Shown here piece after piece: positions 39,555-50,221 of a stretch of DNA of 64,000 nucleotides. Numbering within the stretch: the stretch's first letter is position 1; each line of letters starts with the position of its first letter. This DNA comes from a virus. The stretch spans positions 11,444 through 75,443 of the IMG/VR virus record IMGVR_UViG_3300023174_007026; one strand, given 5' to 3'. The notes below the pieces were generated by a model. That model was not told the origin of the DNA and made no database searches. It saw only the letters and a program-made list of their open reading frames with translations. The position numbers were made by a program, and so were the translations under genes.

Positions 39555-40468
39555 TTGAGTTTGGTTGCAGTGTAGCGACTACCAACTGTTGGAGAAATAC
39601 TCCCTACACTTGCATTAACATTTAATATCACTGATGATGATAAGTTAGTCTGTATTACGACATCAATATCCGCAAATTGATGTTCATATGCATTCAATGC
39701 ATATGTTGCTGGAAAGCTGAATGTTGAAACAGTGCCACCATCGATGGTAGCACCTGAGGTTGATCCGTACAGTGTATCTGAATCAGTAAATCTACTGTGT
39801 ATAATCTTTCCAGTTAATCTTGTAATAGTATTTGAACTACTTATTGAGAATGTTACTGCACCAGCTAAGTTTTTAAAATAAATCAAACTGCACTGCAGTC
39901 TATAAAAAGAACTGTTAGCTAGTAATACACCTGTATCACCAAATATAGATGTTAGTCCACTGCCAGATGAAAGGGATGCATTTGTATTAACATAGTGAAC
40001 AGGTTGAGAGCCTGTTACAGCTATAATAGTTGATCTGAGACTACTGACCGCAGATGATAGTGAAACAATGTTGCTAGCATTAGTTGCAGCAGATAAACTC
40101 AATGTATTAACATTAGCCGAAAGAGCGGTTACAGTTGCATTGAGTGAAACAATGCTGCTGGAGAGTGTGTTGCTGTATGCAAAGCTTGAACTTGACAATG
40201 CAGTGATGGAACTGTATAGAGAAGCAGAAACAGTTTTAACAGTTGCGTTGGTTGTATCAATGGCAGCAGACAAGTTGATAGCACTTGTAACACTGGCGCT
40301 CAATGTTGCTGCAAATGTAATATGATCTTCATCAATGATAAAGTCTCTATAGAGAATAGTAGCTGTGCCTTCAACAGTTTCAATGGGAATCAAATCTGAA
40401 TTAGAGAGAATATCCAACTTGGGCAAGTCTTTGATGTTGATGGGAATGAGATTGTTGTTGGTTGCCAT
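39551..40468 (-). CDS. Ser/Thr-rich virion structural (fibre-like) protein
   Basis: Heptad-like LSA/LSS repeats, beta-rich C-terminus; TAAATA upstream on minus strand. Confidence 0.6.
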   Translation of the reverse strand: MATNNNLIPINIKDLPKLDILSNSDLIPIETVEGTATILYRDFIIDEDHITFAATLSASVTSAINLSAAIDTTNATVKTVSASLYSSITALSSSSFAYSNTLSSSIVSLNATVTALSANVNTLSLSAATNASNIVSLSSAVSSLRSTIIAVTGSQPVHYVNTNASLSSGSGLTSIFGDTGVLLANSSFYRLQCSLIYFKNLAGAVTFSISSSNTITRLTGKIIHSRFTDSDTLYGSTSGATIDGGTVSTFSFPATYALNAYEHQFADIDVVIQTNLSSSVILNVNASVGSISPTVGSRYTATKLN

Positions 40469-40500
40469 TTCAAATTATTTATGTAAATGATGGTGTAACA

Positions 40501-41316
40501 ATGAAAATAGGTGTAGGAATTATTACATGCAACAGACCAGATTTTTTCAGACAATGTTTCAACTCATTGCCTGATAATGTTGATGAAATCGTAGTAATCA
40601 ATGATGGTAATCCACTGCCATTTAATTTGATCAGAGGCACAGAAATTCAAAACGAAGTGAATTTGGGAGTTGGTAAGTCCAAAAATAAAGCACTCAAACA
40701 TCTTTTTGACAAAGGTTGTGATTATCTTTTCTTGATTGAAGATGATATGATTATCAAGAGAGCAGATGTCTTTGATACATACATTGCTGCGTACAAAGCA
40801 TCTGGCATACATCATTTTAACTATGGACCAGGTTCACCATTCAACAGAAAACAAAACATTGAGTTTGACCTGCATAACAGACATTTGCTTGACCAGCACT
40901 CAGAACCCAACCCCAAGCTCATCGTAGACTATAAAGACATCAAGGTTGCACTGTATGAGCACACAGTAGCAATGTTTTCTTTCTTTACTAGAGCTGCAAT
41001 TGAAACAGCAGGCTACATTGATGAAGATTACTATAATGCATGGGAGCATGTAGATCATACATACAGAATAATCAAAGCAGGCATGCATCCTCCGTTTTGG
41101 TGGTTTGCTGACATTGCAAATAGTGAAGACTACTTGACTGAAGCACCAGGTGCCATTGATAATTCATCCATTGCCAACAAAGCAGACCAATGGCATAAAA
41201 ACGTGTATGAAGGTAGAGAGATTTACAAAAACAAGCACGGACATTATCCTAACCAACCACCACTTGTATCGAAACAAGAAGTCATCAACATTATTAAAAA
41301 TCTAAAAACAAAATGA
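40501..41316 (+). CDS. GT2 glycosyltransferase
   Basis: GIITCNR, VINDG, N.GV..SKN, LIEDD, WEH. Confidence 0.88.
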   Translation: MKIGVGIITCNRPDFFRQCFNSLPDNVDEIVVINDGNPLPFNLIRGTEIQNEVNLGVGKSKNKALKHLFDKGCDYLFLIEDDMIIKRADVFDTYIAAYKASGIHHFNYGPGSPFNRKQNIEFDLHNRHLLDQHSEPNPKLIVDYKDIKVALYEHTVAMFSFFTRAAIETAGYIDEDYYNAWEHVDHTYRIIKAGMHPPFWWFADIANSEDYLTEAPGAIDNSSIANKADQWHKNVYEGREIYKNKHGHYPNQPPLVSKQEVINIIKNLKTK

Positions 41317-42089
41317 TACACAAATCTTGTATATTTTACCTTGTAAACAATAATCAAATTCACCTGCAACGGTTGAAGAGCAGCCTTCAGTGTCTGCATG
41401 AAAACTTCTTAAAAAAATATCCATATCCTGTTGTATTTGGTCATGAAAATTTAGATGAGGACACTAAAAATTCCATTCGTGAGTATGCTCCGAAAAATCA
41501 TTATTTTTATAATATAAATTTTGAAATTCCAAATTATTCGGATGATATCCGAAATAAAATTCCTGAACGTTTCAAAGGTCATTGGGATGAAAATGCATTT
41601 TTTTCAATGGGATATCGGCATATGTGCCGACTTTTTTCAGGTGATATCTACAAGCATGACTTTTTTAGTAATGTAAAATACTTGCTCAGAATTGACTGTG
41701 ATTCATATTTTACAGGCAATGTTTCATACGATATCTTTGAAGAAATGCATAAAAGCAAAGCTTATTATGGAACTGTAGGTGAAGAAAAGGATATGGATTA
41801 TGTTGTAGAAGGTCTTGCAGATGCGTCTAAAGATTTCTTCAAAGAAAAATATAGGAGTGATATACCATACAATGGAATGTTTCAAACACACTTTGATCTC
41901 GTCGATGTTGAATGGATAAAAGCAAGTCAATATATGGATTTTTACAACTTCATTGAAAAGACAGGCAACATCTACATCAAAAGATGGGGAGATGCACCTA
42001 TAAAATATCAAGGAATGAGAAATATATTGGATCCAAAACAGATTAAAATTTTTAGCGATTTACCATATAGACATGGAGGTGATTTATAA
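41313..42089 (+). CDS. GT15 (Kre2/Mnt1-like) mannosyltransferase-family protein
   Basis: YPY.V, GYRHMCR.FSG, RID.D, G.IY..RWGDAP. Confidence 0.8.
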   Translation: MIHKSCIFYLVNNNQIHLQRLKSSLQCLHENFLKKYPYPVVFGHENLDEDTKNSIREYAPKNHYFYNINFEIPNYSDDIRNKIPERFKGHWDENAFFSMGYRHMCRLFSGDIYKHDFFSNVKYLLRIDCDSYFTGNVSYDIFEEMHKSKAYYGTVGEEKDMDYVVEGLADASKDFFKEKYRSDIPYNGMFQTHFDLVDVEWIKASQYMDFYNFIEKTGNIYIKRWGDAPIKYQGMRNILDPKQIKIFSDLPYRHGGDL

Positions 42090-42090
42090 T

Positions 42091-42837
42091 ATGAAAATTG
42101 CAATACTTGTTCCATCTAGAGAAAGAATGAATAAGAGACTAACTCTCTTATTCTCAATACTTACAACTGTTAGTGATATCAACAACATCACTGTATATTT
42201 TGGTGTTGATAAAGATGATCCTACTCTTGACGTTATCAAACGTGTATCAAACGCAATACCTTGTTTACGAGTTATAGAAATTGAAAATGAAGGTAAGTTT
42301 TTGGGGTTAGGTAAACTTTGGAATATTTTGGTAGATTCATCTACAGAAGAAATTATTTCTATGATTGGTGACGACATGGTGTTCACTACACCAGATTGGG
42401 ATGAAAAACTAATCAATGAATTCAAAAATGCGCCATCAGATAACATACAAGCTGTTCACTGCAATGATGATTGTCATGGCAGTAAATTAGCAGTAAATCT
42501 TTTCTGTCATAGAATGTATAGGGAAGTACTGGGCCGATTTATGCGGGAAGAATTTAAAATTAACTGGGTTGATCAATGGTTGCACCAAGTTTTTAATGCT
42601 TTTGGCAGATTAAAATACAGGGGAGATATCATGATTGAGCACAGACATTGGGTGTTAGGCAAATCAAATCATGACAAAACTGCTGTCAGAATGGCAGAAG
42701 CAGATGTTAATAAAATCAGTGACAAACTATGGTTTGATCTTGTTGATGAAAGAATAAAAGATGTCAAGCTTTTGAGCAATTATTTGCAAATTCAACCAAA
42801 TTGGAGTGTTGTTGATACCAAAGGAGGTGTAATATAA
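42091..42837 (+). CDS. GT2-like glycosyltransferase
   Basis: LVPSRER, D.DD, GDDMVF.T..WD, IEH.H. Confidence 0.8.
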   Translation: MKIAILVPSRERMNKRLTLLFSILTTVSDINNITVYFGVDKDDPTLDVIKRVSNAIPCLRVIEIENEGKFLGLGKLWNILVDSSTEEIISMIGDDMVFTTPDWDEKLINEFKNAPSDNIQAVHCNDDCHGSKLAVNLFCHRMYREVLGRFMREEFKINWVDQWLHQVFNAFGRLKYRGDIMIEHRHWVLGKSNHDKTAVRMAEADVNKISDKLWFDLVDERIKDVKLLSNYLQIQPNWSVVDTKGGVI

Positions 42838-42838
42838 C

Positions 42839-43501
42839 ATGGGTGAAATTACACAAAATGATCTGTTTGGCAAAGCCATAATAGACATCACAAAAAAATA
42901 TCACATCAATACTGTTTTGGAAATAGGATCTTGGGATGGCACAGGATCTACAGCATGCTTTTATGAAGGCATGAAAGACTTGCAAGGTCACAAATCATTG
43001 GTATGTTTGGAAGTCAATAAAGATAAATTCAAAGACTTGCTGCTAAATACAGCTAGTTACAACTGGATTGAATGCTATAATCAATCGTCAATAAGTTATG
43101 ATGATTTATTGTGCAATGATTTTGATACAATTTGGAATTCGCCTTACAATGGTATACCCAAAGATGATGGTTTCGGTGAAGAAGCAAAAAAAAGCTTGGT
43201 ACGCAGTTGGTTTGACGAAGATGTATCAAATTTAAAACAAGTAAATACAGGATATTTGGTTGATAAAAAAGATGATTTTTACCAAGGAGCATTGATTGAT
43301 GGAGGTGAATTTAATGGATACAGTGAATATGTACTATTAAAAGACAGAGTAAATTTCCTTTTTTTGGATGATTACTACAATGCTTACAAAACAAGACAAG
43401 TTGCTTTTGAGTTGCAAAATAATGCTGATTGGGAAGCAATAGCTGGCAACAAGCAGCTGCGTAATGGATTTGCTGTATTTAAACGCAAAAATTTGTTATG
43501 A
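42839..43501 (+). CDS. SAM-dependent methyltransferase-like protein
   Basis: VLEIGSWDGTGST, LIDGGEF, LDD. Confidence 0.7.
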   Translation: MGEITQNDLFGKAIIDITKKYHINTVLEIGSWDGTGSTACFYEGMKDLQGHKSLVCLEVNKDKFKDLLLNTASYNWIECYNQSSISYDDLLCNDFDTIWNSPYNGIPKDDGFGEEAKKSLVRSWFDEDVSNLKQVNTGYLVDKKDDFYQGALIDGGEFNGYSEYVLLKDRVNFLFLDDYYNAYKTRQVAFELQNNADWEAIAGNKQLRNGFAVFKRKNLL

Positions 43502-44196
43502 AAAAGACAATAGGCATTATACAACCAGGCAGATTAGGTGATATCATCATATGCTTGCCCATTGCAAAATACTACAGTGATCAAGGTTATACAGTTGTGT
43601 GGCCAGTATTTGAATATCTTGCTGCAATGTTGACAGATCGCATTGATTATGTTAAATTTGTTCCTGTTGATTCCAATGTCTACAAATGTGTAAAAGAAGC
43701 AAAGAGTATTTTGACCAAGATAGATGGCATAAAAATATTTGATATAGCTGCTACTTTTCCAGATTCTGATTGCACAGATGAATATGTATCGCTTGGAGAT
43801 GGTTTCGGAGAAGAAAAATTTGACCAATTCAAGTACAGAAAATGCGCAGTGCCGTTCTCTGAAAAATGGAAATTGTATGTAAAATGGAATGAAGAAAAGA
43901 TAGATGCATTGTTCAGAGAGTATGTAAAATCTGAAAGATACGTTGTAGTAGGACTAAACCATTCAAAAGGCAAAATGCCTATCCAAATAGAAACTGACAA
44001 ACAAATTGTTGAATTAAATGAAAATCACAATATTTTTGATTGGATAAAAATTCTCAAACATGCATCAGCTATAGTACTTGTTGATAGTGCAATGGCTAAT
44101 TTAGTTGAGCAGCTAAATCTACACAACAAAAAAATACTAATCACAAAGCCAAACCAACCCACCCCAACATTTAAAAATGTATGGCAAATAAAATGA
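43498..44196 (+). CDS. GT9-like glycosyltransferase
   Basis: GRLGDIIICLP, VDS...NL. Confidence 0.7.
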   Translation: MKKTIGIIQPGRLGDIIICLPIAKYYSDQGYTVVWPVFEYLAAMLTDRIDYVKFVPVDSNVYKCVKEAKSILTKIDGIKIFDIAATFPDSDCTDEYVSLGDGFGEEKFDQFKYRKCAVPFSEKWKLYVKWNEEKIDALFREYVKSERYVVVGLNHSKGKMPIQIETDKQIVELNENHNIFDWIKILKHASAIVLVDSAMANLVEQLNLHNKKILITKPNQPTPTFKNVWQIK

Positions 44197-44981
44197 AAAG
44201 AGTAGCATTTACTATTATTTTAAACGGCATAAAACATCTTCAGCACAACAATTATTATGACTTTGTCTCTAAGAATTTTGACTTGTGGGTAATAGTGGAA
44301 GGTGTTTCATTGCCAGGTGGATCTACATCTTGGTGCAATACATTGGACAACTCATTTCACAACAATTACTTATCAAATGATGGCACTACTGAGTTCTTGG
44401 ATGCAAATGCAAGAGAAAATGTTATAGTTGTGAGACCCAATGTCAACCAAGCATGGGTAAGTAAAGATGATCAAGTAAATGCAGCTATAAATGCAATCAA
44501 AGAGCATTGCACTGAATGCTTTTTGTGGCAAATAGATATTGATGAGCAGTGGAATACAGATCAATTGACGCAAGCAGAGCATGACTTGGTAAAACTGGGT
44601 GGCAAAACAGGATGCTTTCTATGTAATTATTTTGTAGGTCCCAATCAACAAGTATTTGGTGATTGGGGTGAAGGCAAAACAACTCCATACAGACGACTTT
44701 GGAGATGGCAAGGTGAAGCCTTTAAATCACATGAGCCACCTGAGTTGATTGGAAAAAATGGTCCGGGGTATTTGTTGATACAGAGATTCAATCATTACGC
44801 CTATTATTTTGAAATTGATGTAACTTTCAAAGAAAAATATTATAGAAATTATGAAGGTCTAACAGATAGATGGAGAGAAATCCAACAAAACAAGGGAACT
44901 GTTCATGTAAGTAAGTTGCTGGGACCCAATATATGGTGGAGTAATACCAATACTGTTATAAATTATCTCAATGATAATTGA
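44193..44981 (+). CDS. GT-A glycosyltransferase-like protein
   Basis: AFTIILNG, VEG, SNDGTTEFL, QIDIDE, HYAY. Confidence 0.7.
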   Translation: MKRVAFTIILNGIKHLQHNNYYDFVSKNFDLWVIVEGVSLPGGSTSWCNTLDNSFHNNYLSNDGTTEFLDANARENVIVVRPNVNQAWVSKDDQVNAAINAIKEHCTECFLWQIDIDEQWNTDQLTQAEHDLVKLGGKTGCFLCNYFVGPNQQVFGDWGEGKTTPYRRLWRWQGEAFKSHEPPELIGKNGPGYLLIQRFNHYAYYFEIDVTFKEKYYRNYEGLTDRWREIQQNKGTVHVSKLLGPNIWWSNTNTVINYLNDN

Positions 44982-45795
44982 TGGTAACAATTTTATCTCA
45001 CATCACCTCAAACACAATAAACCATTTTGTGCAGGCAAAATAGGTGGCAATGAGTTGCAGTTACTGTATTGTTATCTCAAAAAAAGTAACCCATGGGGAA
45101 TTCAATTTGCAAAAGAAGTTGAAGATGTTGCAGGACTGTATCCTTTTAATGATGCATCACTTGATTGGTTTGGTGAATCTTTTTTAAAGAATATTCACCA
45201 TGTAGATTTGATGCCTGCTTGGAATAGAGTTATTCCAGATTTTGAATCATTTATCTTTCAGCAGCATTGCCCTAAAACTTACATTACAAAGTTGCAGCAT
45301 CTTGAACCATACTTTTTTGATGCTCCTTGGACCAACTATCTTGAAGACAAGACTGTGCTTGTTGTATCACCATTTGCTGATTCAATCAATCATAATTTTA
45401 GTAAATTGCAACAAATTTGGAATAATAAAATTACGCCCAATTTTAAACTCAAGACCATCAAGTATCCTACATCAATTACTATAACTGAAAATGCAAATTA
45501 TAGTACATCCACAGAAATTTACAATAAATTTGCAGATGCAATACACAATACTGATTTTGACATTGGCATATTTGGCACAGGTCACACAGGGTTATTATTT
45601 GCTATTGAATGCAAAAAGATGGGCAAGAGTGGTATACATTTAGGAGGTCCTACACAGATACTCTTTGGCATCAAAGGCAACAGGTGGGAAGAGAACAAAG
45701 ATTTCCAACCGTTTTTCAATGAGCATTGGACCAAACCACTGACACACGAAACACCGAAACGCATAGATAAAGTAGAAGGAGCTTGTTATTGGTGA
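44971..45795 (+). CDS. Putative glycosyltransferase (GT-D-like)
   Basis: GKIG..E, LEPY, DFDI...G.G, IHLGG..Q..FGI.G.RW. Confidence 0.55.
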   Translation: MIIDGNNFISHHLKHNKPFCAGKIGGNELQLLYCYLKKSNPWGIQFAKEVEDVAGLYPFNDASLDWFGESFLKNIHHVDLMPAWNRVIPDFESFIFQQHCPKTYITKLQHLEPYFFDAPWTNYLEDKTVLVVSPFADSINHNFSKLQQIWNNKITPNFKLKTIKYPTSITITENANYSTSTEIYNKFADAIHNTDFDIGIFGTGHTGLLFAIECKKMGKSGIHLGGPTQILFGIKGNRWEENKDFQPFFNEHWTKPLTHETPKRIDKVEGACYW

Positions 45796-46526
45796 AAGGA
45801 GATGTTTATGTAAAGTTTGACCCAGCAGGCAGAATGGGCAACAGAATGTTTCAATATGCATTTGGATATCTTTTAGCCAAAGCAAGAGGATGCAAGTTCT
45901 ATCATGAGGAGCTTCCAAATTTTAATATACCACGCTTGGTTAAAAATCCTGAATCTCCTGCAATTAATACTAGACAACTAGGGAATCAAAAAGTAAATTT
46001 GAAGTATCTAATTGATGCTGATGAAAACATAATTGTAGATAGCTTTGTACAACGATCTGAATATTATGTTCATCATAAAGATGAATTGAAAGAACTCTTC
46101 AACATAAAAGATTTACCTGTTATCAATAAAGGCAAACTGGTGATGCATATAAGAGAGACAGACTACGTTCAGATAGGTTGTTTTCTGGGTTTGAAAGAAT
46201 ATTTGAATTTGATTGAAAGAAGTGGTTTTAGCTGCAGTGATACTATCATTGTGACTGACAATTCATATTGCAGCACAGTTGCAGAGTTGACCAAATTAGG
46301 CTGCAAAGTCAATACAGAGGGGTATGTAGATAAATTTACGCACTGTGCAGATGATAGAGGCATGCAAGATTTCAATACACTTCTTTATAGCGAAAACATT
46401 GCAGTATCACATTCATCCTTTTCATGGTGGCCTGCATTTCTTGGCAATCACAAAATGATATTATTTCCTGATGCAAGTGGCATGTGGAAAAATGATAATG
46501 ATGATTGTATAAATTTAATACTTTAA
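45792..46526 (+). CDS. GT11 alpha-1,2-fucosyltransferase-like protein
   Basis: GRMGNRMFQYA, HIR.TDY, DF, SSFSWW. Confidence 0.85.
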   Translation: MKGDVYVKFDPAGRMGNRMFQYAFGYLLAKARGCKFYHEELPNFNIPRLVKNPESPAINTRQLGNQKVNLKYLIDADENIIVDSFVQRSEYYVHHKDELKELFNIKDLPVINKGKLVMHIRETDYVQIGCFLGLKEYLNLIERSGFSCSDTIIVTDNSYCSTVAELTKLGCKVNTEGYVDKFTHCADDRGMQDFNTLLYSENIAVSHSSFSWWPAFLGNHKMILFPDASGMWKNDNDDCINLIL

Positions 46527-46527
46527 T

Positions 46528-47280
46528 ATGAACAATATAATTTCTTTTGCTGATGGTATGCAACTAAGCAGCAATTACAAAAACAAAGATTATCCAGAAA
46601 AATGGAGTGTGTTGGAAAACCTCTATACAAGTTTTTTTGATCATCAATCACCACACATTATTCCAAAGATTATTCATCAAATTTGGTTAGGTAGTCCACT
46701 GCCAGATCAATTGAGTTCGCTCATAGACACAGTCAAGCATTGCAATGCAGACTACAAACACATGCTCTGGACTGATAAGGATGTTGAGTCTTTTGATTTT
46801 AAAAATAAAGAGCTATTTTATTCTACACCCAACTTTGGACAACGGTCTGATATTTTAAGATATGCTATTTTAGAAAAAATGGGCGGCATTTATTTGGATA
46901 CAGATTTTTACTGCCACAAATCATTTGATAGTTTGCTTTCTGCTGAGCTGTTCGCAGGTCTTGCGTACAGCAAATTTCCTGAAATATTCAATGGGTTGAT
47001 AGGCTCAACACCAGGCAACAAACTCATAGTTGAGCTCAATGAAATTGAAAAATTGAGATGGAAGTCAGGTATGGATATAATAGATACAACTGGGCCATAT
47101 TTTTTCACACGCAAATTCTTTAAACATGCACACACAGAATTAAAATTATTGCCCTTGCCTGTTGAATATTTTTACCCATTTCCAAACTTTGATGTTGATA
47201 AAATACATGGTTCAGAAGCATCAAAATATACAACACCGCAGACAATTTGCACACATCTTTGGCACTCATTATGGAACTAA
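46528..47280 (+). CDS. GT32 (DXD) glycosyltransferase
   Basis: IPKIIHQIWLG, SDILRY, GGIYLDTD, TGP, H.W..SW-like end. Confidence 0.88.
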   Translation: MNNIISFADGMQLSSNYKNKDYPEKWSVLENLYTSFFDHQSPHIIPKIIHQIWLGSPLPDQLSSLIDTVKHCNADYKHMLWTDKDVESFDFKNKELFYSTPNFGQRSDILRYAILEKMGGIYLDTDFYCHKSFDSLLSAELFAGLAYSKFPEIFNGLIGSTPGNKLIVELNEIEKLRWKSGMDIIDTTGPYFFTRKFFKHAHTELKLLPLPVEYFYPFPNFDVDKIHGSEASKYTTPQTICTHLWHSLWN

Positions 47281-48131
47281 AAAATTATATATCTGGTGAA
47301 AAATTCCAAGCACTTGCAGACGTGAGTGTGATACCCATTGGCAGAGGCAATGGAGAGAGTGAATGTGATTTTGTAATACAACAACAAATCAATAACAACT
47401 ATACAGTGTTTTACTATGATGAGAATGTAGTAGAGATTCCTGACTTTGTTCAAAATGCTAAAACAATATTTGTTAATACATGGACATTGGATAAATTCTT
47501 TGATAAAATATTTCCACTTCTCAAGAATGAGTATGTGTTTATTTCACACAATTCTGATTTGGGTATAAATGAGCATCATAAAACGTTTTTAGACTCACCA
47601 AAAGTAAAAAAATGGTATACACAAAACATGTATATTGCTCATCCTAAATTGCATTCAATTCCTATAGGTCTTGCCAATAGTCAATGGCCACATGGCAATG
47701 TTGAGTTAATTGATACAATCAACAGAGAACAAAATAAGAAAGAGTTCTTGGTATATAAAAACTTTGATTGCAATACAAATCTTGCAGAGCGTAGTTTGTG
47801 TGATCTCGCTACAACACATAATGGTATCCCAAAGAGTATGCACACATCAAATGAACAATACTGGAGAACAATATCCAAAAGTGTGTTTATCATCTCACCG
47901 CCTGGCAACGGTGTAGACTGTCACCGCATATGGGAATGTCTGTATCTCAATGCAGTACCTATAGTTAAAAATAATGTTGCATTTTCTCAATTTAAACATC
48001 TTCCAATATTGTGGGTTGACTCTTGGGAGGAAGTGACAATACCATTCTTGAAATCTAAAATTACTACGCAAGATAACGTAGATATAAATGAATTAAATAT
48101 TAAATTTTGGAATCACAAAATAAAAGCATGA
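47271..48131 (+). CDS. Exostosin-like (GT47) glycosyltransferase
   Basis: HNSD, IPIG, SPPGNGVDCHRIWE.LYL..VP. Confidence 0.75.
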   Translation: MELKNYISGEKFQALADVSVIPIGRGNGESECDFVIQQQINNNYTVFYYDENVVEIPDFVQNAKTIFVNTWTLDKFFDKIFPLLKNEYVFISHNSDLGINEHHKTFLDSPKVKKWYTQNMYIAHPKLHSIPIGLANSQWPHGNVELIDTINREQNKKEFLVYKNFDCNTNLAERSLCDLATTHNGIPKSMHTSNEQYWRTISKSVFIISPPGNGVDCHRIWECLYLNAVPIVKNNVAFSQFKHLPILWVDSWEEVTIPFLKSKITTQDNVDINELNIKFWNHKIKA

Positions 48132-48829
48132 AAATAGCTGTATGTTTATCCGGTATACCCAAATATTGGGAAAAGAGTATGATCTCAATAAAGCAATTCT
48201 TGCCAAATGCAGATGTATTTATTCACATGTGGAAAATTGAACATAGTGATGAGATAAATGAAAATACAGCTTATAGCTATAACAAATACACTGATATTGC
48301 AAACGTGGAGTGTAAAAACATAGTTGATGCATACAATACTAAAAAATTTGTAATACAAAACTTCTCTACTAGATTGAATAATTTTGTGTGTGAGAATAAA
48401 AAATATCATGAATTAATAGATGATATACAAGGTAGTAATAGTGTTGCACAGCTCTCTATGTTTTACAGTATAAGAGAAGCATGCAGATTAAAATCAGAAT
48501 ATGAAAGAGACAATGGATTCTTGTATGATATTGTTTTTAGAATTAGATTTGATAGTGAGATAATAAATTTTATAGATCTCCACAGCTGTGTAGAAGATTG
48601 TGTATACATACCGCAGGAAAGCGATTGGGGCGGCATAAATGATCAATTTTCATTTGGAAGCAGTAAAATAATGGATATGGTGTGTGAGTGCTATACTTTT
48701 TATGAACCATGTTTAAAAATCACCAAATTTTACGGGCCGGAAGTTGTATTTAAACAGCATCTCAGTTCCTTCTTAGACACGTCACGCATAAAAAGAATAG
48801 ACGCTAAAATAAAAATTAACAACGAATAA
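48128..48829 (+). CDS. Putative glycosyltransferase
   Basis: KIAVCLSG, DVFIH.W, SMFYS, YD...R.RFD, DQF.FG, E. Confidence 0.6.
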   Translation: MKIAVCLSGIPKYWEKSMISIKQFLPNADVFIHMWKIEHSDEINENTAYSYNKYTDIANVECKNIVDAYNTKKFVIQNFSTRLNNFVCENKKYHELIDDIQGSNSVAQLSMFYSIREACRLKSEYERDNGFLYDIVFRIRFDSEIINFIDLHSCVEDCVYIPQESDWGGINDQFSFGSSKIMDMVCECYTFYEPCLKITKFYGPEVVFKQHLSSFLDTSRIKRIDAKIKINNE

Positions 48830-48835
48830 AAATAT

Positions 48836-50221
48836 ATGAAATGTAAAATGGTGATCTTTGATTTGGATGGTGTGTTAGTAGATGGTAAACATATACATTT
48901 TACAACATTAAATGATTCTATAGCAGAAATAGCTGGAGCTGAATTTTGTATTTCATATGATGAACACCTGAGATTGTATGATGGACTTAAAACAAATGAA
49001 AAACTTCAACTACTATCTAAAAATAAGCATCTAGATCCGGTATTGCATGAAAAAATATGGAATACTAAACAAAAACTTACTTTGAAGGAATTTAACTGCA
49101 TTCAGCCATGCATACAGATTAAAGCTATACTTGAATATCTCAAAGCTAACAATATAAGGGTTGCGTGTTGTACCAACTCAATAAGGCAAACTACAAGATT
49201 GGTTTTAACAAAATTAGAAATTATTAATTTATTTGACATTATTGTATCAAATGAAGATGTAAATTACTCTAAGCCTCATCCTGAAATGTATTGGAAGGCT
49301 ATGGCAGCGTTTGGCATTATGCCTGACGAAACGTTAATTGTAGAAGATTCACCACCAGGACTACTAGGCGCGCACCGTTCTGGATGCGCTGTATTGAGAG
49401 TTAAAAATTCAAAAGATCTCACAGTTGAAAAAATTATCAAAGGCATTAAATCACATGACAATATGCATAACATACCTAAATGGGTTGATAAAAAAATGAA
49501 CATAGTGATACCTATGGCAGGCGCTGGATCAAGATTTGAACAAGCTGGTTTTACTTTTCCAAAACCTCTTATTGATGTTTGCGGCAAGCCAATGATTCAG
49601 ACAGTTGTAGAAAATCTCAACATTGATGCAAACTATATTTACATAGTACAAAAAAAACACAGAATTCAATATAATTTAGATTCTGTATTGAGTCTAATTA
49701 CACCTGGCTGTAAGATCGTTGAAACAGATGGTATAACAGAAGGTGCAGCCTGTACTGTCCTATTAGCTAAAGATTACTTCAATAATGAAGATCCGATGCT
49801 AATTGCAAATTCAGATCAATTTGTAGAATGGAATTCTACAGATTTCCTATACAAAATGCATGAACAAAACGTTGATGGTGGTATCTTAACTTTTGAATCT
49901 ACACACCCGAAATGGTCGTACGTAAAGACTGATAAAGAAGGCTTTGTAACAGAAGTAGCAGAAAAGAATCCAATTTCAAATACAGCGACGGTAGGAATTT
50001 ATTTTTGGAAACATGGTGCTGACTTTGTAAGCTGTGCTGAACGAATGATGAACAAAAATATAAGAGTCAATAATGAGTTTTATGTATGCCCGGTATACAA
50101 TGAAGCAATTTTGCTCAATAAAAAATTAATATCGTTCAATATTAATAAAATGTGGGGGTTAGGTACTCCTGAAGATCTTGCTACCTTTTTACAGCACACA
50201 AAGAGTGAAAACTATAATTGA
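48836..50221 (+). CDS. HAD phosphatase fused to sugar-phosphate nucleotidyltransferase
   Basis: FDLDGVL, KP.P, EDS; then IPMAGAGSRF...PKPLI, EK, GTPEDL. Confidence 0.9.
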   Translation: MKCKMVIFDLDGVLVDGKHIHFTTLNDSIAEIAGAEFCISYDEHLRLYDGLKTNEKLQLLSKNKHLDPVLHEKIWNTKQKLTLKEFNCIQPCIQIKAILEYLKANNIRVACCTNSIRQTTRLVLTKLEIINLFDIIVSNEDVNYSKPHPEMYWKAMAAFGIMPDETLIVEDSPPGLLGAHRSGCAVLRVKNSKDLTVEKIIKGIKSHDNMHNIPKWVDKKMNIVIPMAGAGSRFEQAGFTFPKPLIDVCGKPMIQTVVENLNIDANYIYIVQKKHRIQYNLDSVLSLITPGCKIVETDGITEGAACTVLLAKDYFNNEDPMLIANSDQFVEWNSTDFLYKMHEQNVDGGILTFESTHPKWSYVKTDKEGFVTEVAEKNPISNTATVGIYFWKHGADFVSCAERMMNKNIRVNNEFYVCPVYNEAILLNKKLISFNINKMWGLGTPEDLATFLQHTKSENYN

